Made by a program: the position numbers and the translations under genes. The notes beneath the pieces were generated by a model. That model made no database searches, was not told the DNA's origin, and was given only the letters and a program-made list of their open reading frames with translations. 32,000 nucleotides of DNA from Candidatus Midichloria mitochondrii IricVA (GTDB lineage Bacteria > Pseudomonadota > Alphaproteobacteria > Rickettsiales > Midichloriaceae), in contig NC_015722.1 of assembly GCF_000219355.1 (NCBI RefSeq), positions 810,001-842,000 of the forward strand, read 5' to 3'. This document shows, in pieces, positions 26,406 through 32,000 of the stretch. Position 1 is the first letter of the stretch. Every line of letters begins with the position of its first letter.

Positions 26406-26807
26406 TTATATAAAGCTGTGCACGAAACGCATTATAGCGGATTTTATTTCATATGTAGCCCTATGAATTATAACGTGCTGTCCTTTATGTAAGAATCCCA
26501 AAAGGTTTGGTAGACTATTCTTGCTTCTACGCCGGTAAACTTGAGATCCAACTCTTCTTCCCAGGCTTTTAAGTGGCTCAAATAACAACCTACAGTCCCG
26601 GGCTCCGGATAATGAGCAATGAAATTTCTATAAGATTTATAATTTATAATCCACCACTGAGTCGATATACTCTTTAGGCAATTCTTTGCCATCAACCGCG
26701 GAAATTCTAGTTACAGGAAAACCCACAACTTCTATTAATGGCAGAACTTTTCGCAACCTACCTTGAGCTCTATCTAAATTGACTAGGTAAATTCCAACAG
26801 AACCTTT
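26406..26807 (-). pseudogene. Family-25 glycosyltransferase (LOS/LPS beta-1,4-galactosyltransferase-like) remnant, frameshifted and without a start
   Basis: The minus strand first gives IYLVNLDRAQGRLRKVLPLIEVVGFPVTRISAVDGKELPKEY..*, matching the GT25 N-terminus pattern (I.L.rs..R.......l......AvdG..L). A second frame gives YPEPGTVGCYLSHLKAWEE (GEIGC.LSH). A third frame follows (ORF 26588-26406). About 135 codons remain, against roughly 250 expected. Confidence 0.6.
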
Positions 26808-26943
26808 TTAGCACCCAAGCTCAGTCAAATAATTGTCCTTTCTTTTAAAACGAAAGCCCCTCCTATAAAAGATAAGGACGCCAAAAATAACCACACTGCT
26901 AATTTGAGTCTTTCCATTTTATGTATAGAGATGCACAGAGATG

Positions 26944-27020
26944 TGGCGATCCCGACGCGATTCGAACGCGTGACCTACTGATTAAAAGTCAGTTGCTCTA
27001 CCGGCCTGAGCTACGGGATC
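26944..27020 (-). tRNA. tRNA-Lys (anticodon UUU), CCA encoded
   Basis: The reverse complement is gatcccgtagctcaggccggtagagcaactgacttttaatcagtaggtcacgcgttcgaatcgcgtcgggatcgcca. The anticodon stem-loop is actga-ctTTTaa-tcagt, with a canonical TTCGAAT T-loop. Confidence 0.9.
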
Positions 27021-27109
27021 AAACCTGGCCTGGCCTTTATAACAACTTCAAAACAATAACACAAGTTTATTTTAGCTATAAAGGCAAATTTCTCTGACTT
27101 TTTACCACA

Positions 27110-27126
27110 CCCCCCCCCCAAAAAAA
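27110..27126. repeat. C10-A7 double homopolymer tract
   Basis: Read directly: C at 27110-27119 followed by A at 27120-27126. It lies inside a 590-bp G-poor non-coding spacer upstream of petC. Confidence 0.9.
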
Positions 27127-27613
27127 CCTACTCTTTTGGGATTTATACATAATAAGCCAACGTATACATCTTCACACACTTGAACTACACTGCGATCTCC
27201 TTTATCGAGAAAGCTTTAAACTTTAAAAGAAAACCCTGACCAAGACAGCACTTCAACACCTTATAGTGAATTAAAAACACCAGACACGACAAAAAAGACA
27301 TAGCTCAAATTACCAAAGCACAACTCCCCCTCCTTACTGCTCTAGCAGATTTAGAATAAACATACATAGCCGGAATTATTTCTGTTTATTTGCCTTCTCA
27401 AATCCGTCAGTGGCCATATTCATTTTATTGCTATATGCCTCAAATAAATTCTTGAGCAAAATTTGCGTAAGCATTAATCATAATTTTTACCAATTCTTAG
27501 AAAACATACATATAGGATCATACTACAATTTGCTGCAATGCAATATGAAAATTTTTCCTCTCCATTAAAATAATATACTAAATAACACCTAATGAATATT
27601 TATTGAATTTAAA

Positions 27614-28378
27614 ATGGCAAAAAACATTTTTTATTATCTACTTTTTATCATCTTCAGTATTAACGCCAATGCAATGGAGGATGTTGCGAAGCCAAAACAA
27701 ATTGAATGGCCTTTTGACGGAATAACTGGAACATTTGATAGACAGTCCATTCAAAGAGGCTTTAAAGTCTTTAAAGAGGTGTGTTCTGCCTGCCATTCGG
27801 TAGACAGACTAGCGTTTAGGAATTTTGCCGAAATAGGGTTTTCTGAGGCCGAAATCAAATCGCTAGCTGCCGAATACTCAGTGAATGACGGGCCTAGCGA
27901 TGATGGCGAAATGTTTGAAAGACCCGCAAGACCTTCAGACCAAATCTCAGGTCCTTATGCTAATGAAAAGGCGGCAAGAGCTGCTAATAATGGCGCATAT
28001 CCACCTGATTTGTCATTGATAATCAAAGCACGAGCTGATGGAGCGAATTATGTATACTCCCTTTTAACTGGTTTTAGCACTCCTCCAGCAGGCTTTCATT
28101 TAGGTGAGAATATGTATTATAACCCTTATTTTGCAGGTGGCGGTAGCCAGCTTGCTATGGCCCCTCCCCTAACCAAAGATGGACAAGTTTCTTATTCTGA
28201 TGGAACGGAGGCAACTATAGAGCAAATGGCAAAGGATGTAGTAAACTTCTTACAATGGGCAGCTGAGCCTGAAATGGAAAAACGAAAAAATATAGGAATA
28301 AGTGTTATGATATTCCTTGCAATATTTACATTTTTATTTTACTTGGCTAAGAAGCGTATCTGGAAAAACGTTAAGTAA
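27614..28378 (+). CDS. petC: cytochrome c1 (bc1 complex)
   Basis: 254 aa with a signal peptide, the heme motif CSACHS, PPDLS, MAPPL and a C-terminal TM anchor. Confidence 0.92.
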   Translation: MAKNIFYYLLFIIFSINANAMEDVAKPKQIEWPFDGITGTFDRQSIQRGFKVFKEVCSACHSVDRLAFRNFAEIGFSEAEIKSLAAEYSVNDGPSDDGEMFERPARPSDQISGPYANEKAARAANNGAYPPDLSLIIKARADGANYVYSLLTGFSTPPAGFHLGENMYYNPYFAGGGSQLAMAPPLTKDGQVSYSDGTEATIEQMAKDVVNFLQWAAEPEMEKRKNIGISVMIFLAIFTFLFYLAKKRIWKNVK

Positions 28379-28382
28379 TTTA

Positions 28383-29684
28383 ATGCAAGTCTTGTTAAAC
28401 ACCTTCAGATTATATTCACTCATTTTTACCATAGTAACAGAAGGTTTGCTTATTGATTTTATCAGATTAAAGCGTATTAAAACTCCAGAAGGAAAAAAAA
28501 TACTCCTCGACAAAATAAGCAAGAAAATTGTCTCCATCTTACCAAAATTTGGTCCAGCCTTTATAAAAACTGGCCAATTCTTAGCTACAAGGCCAGATAT
28601 AGTGGGAGATATTGTAAGTAGAAACTTAGAGAAACTTCAAGATAGCCTTCCAACTTGCGATTTTAGTCAAATAAATGCAATTCTTTCTAAATCTATTGCA
28701 ATCAATGAATTTAAATATATAGACCATGTTGCAGTAGCAGCAGCTTCTATAGCGCAAGTTCATAAAGCTGAAACCATAAATAATGAGGTAGTCGCAATCA
28801 AGGTGCTGAAGCCAGGTATCGAGGCAAAATTTAAGAGTAATTTATCTTTGCTTAGATTTGTAGGAAGGTTAACTCAAAAGATCTTTAATGTAAAAAGGTT
28901 AAAAATTGAGGAAGTTATTTCAAGAATAGAAAAAACCTCATTACTTGAAATGGACCTGCGGATAGAGGCCGCGTCTGCTGACAAATTAAGGGAAAATTTA
29001 ATTCATGATGAAAATGTTTACGTCCCCAAAATATTTTGGAAATATACCACTAATAACATTCTTGTGTTAGAGTGGATCGACGGTATACCATTGTATGACC
29101 GTGAGCGTCTCCTGTCTGCAGGCTTTAATATAGAAAGTATTGTTAAAAAATTTGCTGTTACTTTCTTCAATCAAGCTTATAGGGACGGGTTTTTCCATGC
29201 TGATCTACATCCAGGCAACGTTTTAGTTAACGCCAATGAAGATATAATATTTCTAGACTTTGGTATAATGGGGCACCTTGACCATATGAATAAATTATTC
29301 ATTGCTGAAATTCTCAAAAGTTTTTTGGAGCGCAATTATGATTTAGTTGCTAAATTGCATCTAGAGGCAGGATATTTTCCAAAATCCGAATCCATCAATG
29401 TATTTGCACTCAGTTGTCGTAGTATTGGTGAAACAGTTTTAAATAAGCCCCCAAATCAAGTTTCGATATCAGCTCTGTTGAAGCAGCTATTTGAAACCGC
29501 GAAAAACTTTAATATGGAAATCCAAGCTCCTTTACTTTTATTACAAAAAACCATGATGACAGTTGAAGGCATTAGTATTTACTTGGATGATCAGACTAAT
29601 ATTTGGTTATTGATCAAACCGTGGATAAAGAAATGGGCTAAATCAAATCTTGGAATTAGAGGGCGCTTGCTCCAAAAATACTAA
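28383..29684 (+). CDS. ubiB: ubiquinone biosynthesis protein kinase UbiB (ABC1/ADCK family)
   Basis: It contains GPAFIKTGQFLATRPD, AAASIAQVHKA, EMDLRIEA and FHADLHPGN. I prefer the ATG at 28383, 4 nt after the petC stop, to the tracked start at 28317, which overlaps petC by 62 nt. Confidence 0.9.
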   Translation: MQVLLNTFRLYSLIFTIVTEGLLIDFIRLKRIKTPEGKKILLDKISKKIVSILPKFGPAFIKTGQFLATRPDIVGDIVSRNLEKLQDSLPTCDFSQINAILSKSIAINEFKYIDHVAVAAASIAQVHKAETINNEVVAIKVLKPGIEAKFKSNLSLLRFVGRLTQKIFNVKRLKIEEVISRIEKTSLLEMDLRIEAASADKLRENLIHDENVYVPKIFWKYTTNNILVLEWIDGIPLYDRERLLSAGFNIESIVKKFAVTFFNQAYRDGFFHADLHPGNVLVNANEDIIFLDFGIMGHLDHMNKLFIAEILKSFLERNYDLVAKLHLEAGYFPKSESINVFALSCRSIGETVLNKPPNQVSISALLKQLFETAKNFNMEIQAPLLLLQKTMMTVEGISIYLDDQTNIWLLIKPWIKKWAKSNLGIRGRLLQKY

Positions 29685-29913
29685 CAATGCAGAGAATTTT
29701 GTTAAAGACATTGTGGATATAGTTTCGCTTGGAAAGAAGCACCTGATTAGATTGCAGCAGAAGCACACTAAGTCTCAAAAACTTTACTGAAAAATATTTT
29801 GACTTTTAAGATTATAAGTGCGACTTATAGTTTGAAATCCCAGTAATGCTTGTTGCGTCGCAACATAGTCTACGTTAAATTTATTAATATAGGCAAACTA
29901 AAATATTCATTTT

Positions 29914-31230
29914 ATGGCAAAAGATAACGTCTCCAATCGTGCTAGTGTTAGGATAAGTGTTCCCTTTACAAATCAAGAGATTGAACTGCCTGTAATACAA
30001 GCCTCAGAAGGACCAAGTGTTATAGATATAGGAGAGCTGTATGCAAAAACTGGCCTTTTCACCTACGACCCAGGCTTCATGTCGACCGCCTCATGTAGGT
30101 CAACAATTACTTATATAGATGGAGACAATGGGATATTAAGGCATCGAGGATATGATATTACCGATCTTGCCACTTCCGCAAATTTTACGGATGTGGCCTA
30201 TTTGCTATTATATGGAGAGTTGCCTAATAAAAGCGAAGCAGAAAAATTCGCTACAGAGATAAAGCAGCATTCTATGGTGCATGAACAACTGCATTTTTTA
30301 TATAGGGGTTTTCCGCGCCACTCCCACCCTATGGCAGTAATGGTAGGCGCCGTTGCGTCATTATCAGCATTCTATCACGATTATTTAGATGTCAGAGACC
30401 GCACCCAAAGAGAAATTTCTGCAATTAGGTTAATTGCTAAAATCCCAACGTTAGCTGCAATGGCGTACAAATATTCTATAGGACAGCCCTTTGTTTATCC
30501 TGATAACAACTTAAGCTATAGTGAAGATTTCTTACACATGATGTTTGCAGTTCCGGCTGAAAAATATAAAGTTAACCCGGTCATGGCAGATGCTTTAAAT
30601 AAATTATTTATTTTGCATGCTGATCATGAACAAAATGCTTCCACTTCTACCGTGCGGCTATCTGGCTCTTCTGGAGCTAACCCGTTTGCGGTCATAGGCG
30701 CAGGTATTGCTTCTCTTTGGGGGCCTGCACACGGCGGGGCTAACGAAGCTGTAATAAAAATGCTAGAAGAAATAGGGCACGCTTCTCGAATACAAATTTA
30801 TGTAAACAAAGCGAAGGATAAGGGTGATCCTTTTAGATTAATGGGCTTCGGTCATAGAGTTTATAAAAATTATGATCCAAGAGCTACTGTGCTTAAAGCT
30901 TCTTGCTATGAACTAGTAAAAGAACTAGGAATTAAGGACGATCATCTTTTAGATATCGCTCTAAAATTAGAAGAGATCGCCCTAAATGATCCTTATTTTA
31001 TAGAACGCAAGCTTTATCCAAACGTAGATTTCTATTCTGGTATTATATATAGAATGCTTGGTATTCCAACTCAAATGTTTACAGTGATGTTTGCGGTGGC
31101 AAGGGCAACAGGCTGGATGGCTCAATGGAAAGAAATGATGGATGATCCAGAACAAAAAATTGGCAGACCAAGACAGTTATATGTGGGTCAAACAAAGAGG
31201 GAATTGCGTGATACCCCTTTTGGCAAGTAG
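29914..31230 (+). CDS. gltA: citrate synthase
   Basis: 438 aa with [15 protein letters not shown] and [14 protein letters not shown], and it aligns along its full length. Confidence 0.96.
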   Translation: MAKDNVSNRASVRISVPFTNQEIELPVIQASEGPSVIDIGELYAKTGLFTYDPGFMSTASCRSTITYIDGDNGILRHRGYDITDLATSANFTDVAYLLLYGELPNKSEAEKFATEIKQHSMVHEQLHFLYRGFPRHSHPMAVMVGAVASLSAFYHDYLDVRDRTQREISAIRLIAKIPTLAAMAYKYSIGQPFVYPDNNLSYSEDFLHMMFAVPAEKYKVNPVMADALNKLFILHADHEQNASTSTVRLSGSSGANPFAVIGAGIASLWGPAHGGANEAVIKMLEEIGHASRIQIYVNKAKDKGDPFRLMGFGHRVYKNYDPRATVLKASCYELVKELGIKDDHLLDIALKLEEIALNDPYFIERKLYPNVDFYSGIIYRMLGIPTQMFTVMFAVARATGWMAQWKEMMDDPEQKIGRPRQLYVGQTKRELRDTPFGK

Positions 31231-31466
31231 GTTGCTAAAGTAATAAAACCCATACCTTAGTAGGTAAATTATAAGAACTTAACTTAGATATAAAAAGTAT
31301 GGGCCGGCCTTGCATTTATCTCCTAAATAGCACAAGCAATGCTATATTATTTCGCTATAACTTGGTGATCTGAAAAAATCCTCTATAAAGAAGACCACAA
31401 AGATGATAAAATCTTTACCAAGCGATGAATAAAATGTGGGAGGGCTCTCTTTGATACTTCGTAAGA

Positions 31467-32000
31467 AACCTCAGTTTGACGTTAAGGAGTATGCCCGTGA
31501 GCCTATTTTTCCATGAGATAATATTGGGTTGAAGACATAAGCCAAGAGCCCTGAGAAAGAGGTCTGCCAAGAAATTGTTTGGCGAGTGATGCCGTGTGGT
31601 GCCGGATTTGGCAAATCTCTTTCAATTGTCCGATGGCTGTTTCAATCAATCCACGCCCTGCAAGAAGCAGTTGTTTAAAAGCCGCAAGCGGGTTTTGTCC
31701 TTGATTGCTCAGTGTTTGCTTATATACCACCGATCTCCGAATAGAAGGCCTGTCAAATATTGAGTCAGTTTCTCGACAACGGCTCGATCATCTGTATTAC
31801 CCGAAGTCAGTGTGAATGACATAATCTCTCCTTGATCATTGAGGCCAAAGAACCATCGGGTCGACGTTTTCCCACGCTGAGCGATGCCTTTAAGGATCTT
31901 ATTACGGCTAGTACGTGAGTTATGGCAAACCTTTTCCAGCTTTTTGTTGAGTCAAGGTACCTGTTTGTTTCCCTTTGCAGCAATTCAGCAGAATGACCAA
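31467..32000 (-). mobile_element. Degenerate IS982-family-like element (most collinear of the three copies), truncated by the window edge
   Basis: The minus strand reads, with frameshifts, ..LDSTK..CHNSRTSRNKILKGIAQRGKTST.WFFGLNDQGEIMSFTLTSGNTDDRAVVEKLTQYLTGLLFGDR.YISK..QGQNPLAAFKQLLLAGRGLIETAIGQLKEICQI.H.RH.SPNNFLADLF.GLLAYVF. It ends at the shared terminus (31467). The motifs IDST.L.VC.N.R, GWF.GFK, GN.DD, GD.GYIS and QIEH.RHRS are IS982-like from memory. Confidence 0.75.

Noticed and set aside
28317-28382. Tracked ubiB start at 28317, overlapping petC by 62 nt
   Set aside because: The in-frame ATG at 28383, 4 nt after the petC stop, gives a more typical N-terminus and avoids the long overlap.
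29641-29799. Possible frameshifted C-terminal extension of ubiB (alternative frame ..NAENFVKDIVDIVSLGKKHLIRLQQKHTKSQKLY*)
   Set aside because: The length would fit a longer UbiB, but the extension has no motif or TM segment that I can recognise, so a frameshift cannot be supported from sequence alone.
31249-31304. CCCATAC ... GTATGGG inverted repeat downstream of gltA, a possible terminator
   Set aside because: The loop is about 42 nt and no T-tract follows, so it is not a credible intrinsic terminator.

Overview
AT-rich window (roughly one-third GC by eye) that looks like a reduced, Rickettsiales-like alphaproteobacterial chromosome. Support for that placement is the gene content plus a circularly permuted two-piece tmRNA. 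Intact housekeeping genes: dacB, fdxA, ribH-like, nusB, an MBL hydrolase, def, an aspartate aminotransferase, sucCD, a HIT protein, ybaB, ldcA, ubiE, an amidase_2 PG hydrolase, yajC, a 2Fe-2S ferredoxin, nuoA, nuoB, petC, ubiB and gltA. There are four tRNAs: Thr-CGU, Leu-UAG, initiator Met and Lys-UUU. A large symporter-like sensor histidine kinase lies directly downstream of sucCD. These genes are interleaved with heavy gene decay. The decayed loci are a FixI/CcoI Cu-ATPase lacking its DKTGT segment, an rlpA remnant, dprA, a GT25 glycosyltransferase, two kinds of FG-GAP repeat protein genes, and three degenerate IS982-like remnants (one internally scrambled). Three items are absent from the ORF track: a 43-codon ccoS after nusB, the two-piece ssrA with promoter and terminator, and the conserved dnaX C-terminus. 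That C-terminus sits in the -1 frame behind an in-phase A_AAA_AAG heptamer. waaA is split by two +1 homopolymer frameshifts. I found no CRISPR array, no intact mobile element, and no convincing novel multi-gene system such as a defence or toxin locus. The most interesting signals are recoding or decay at homopolymers in essential genes and the half-dismantled cbb3-oxidase maturation pair. All family assignments come from motif recognition by eye and need database confirmation.
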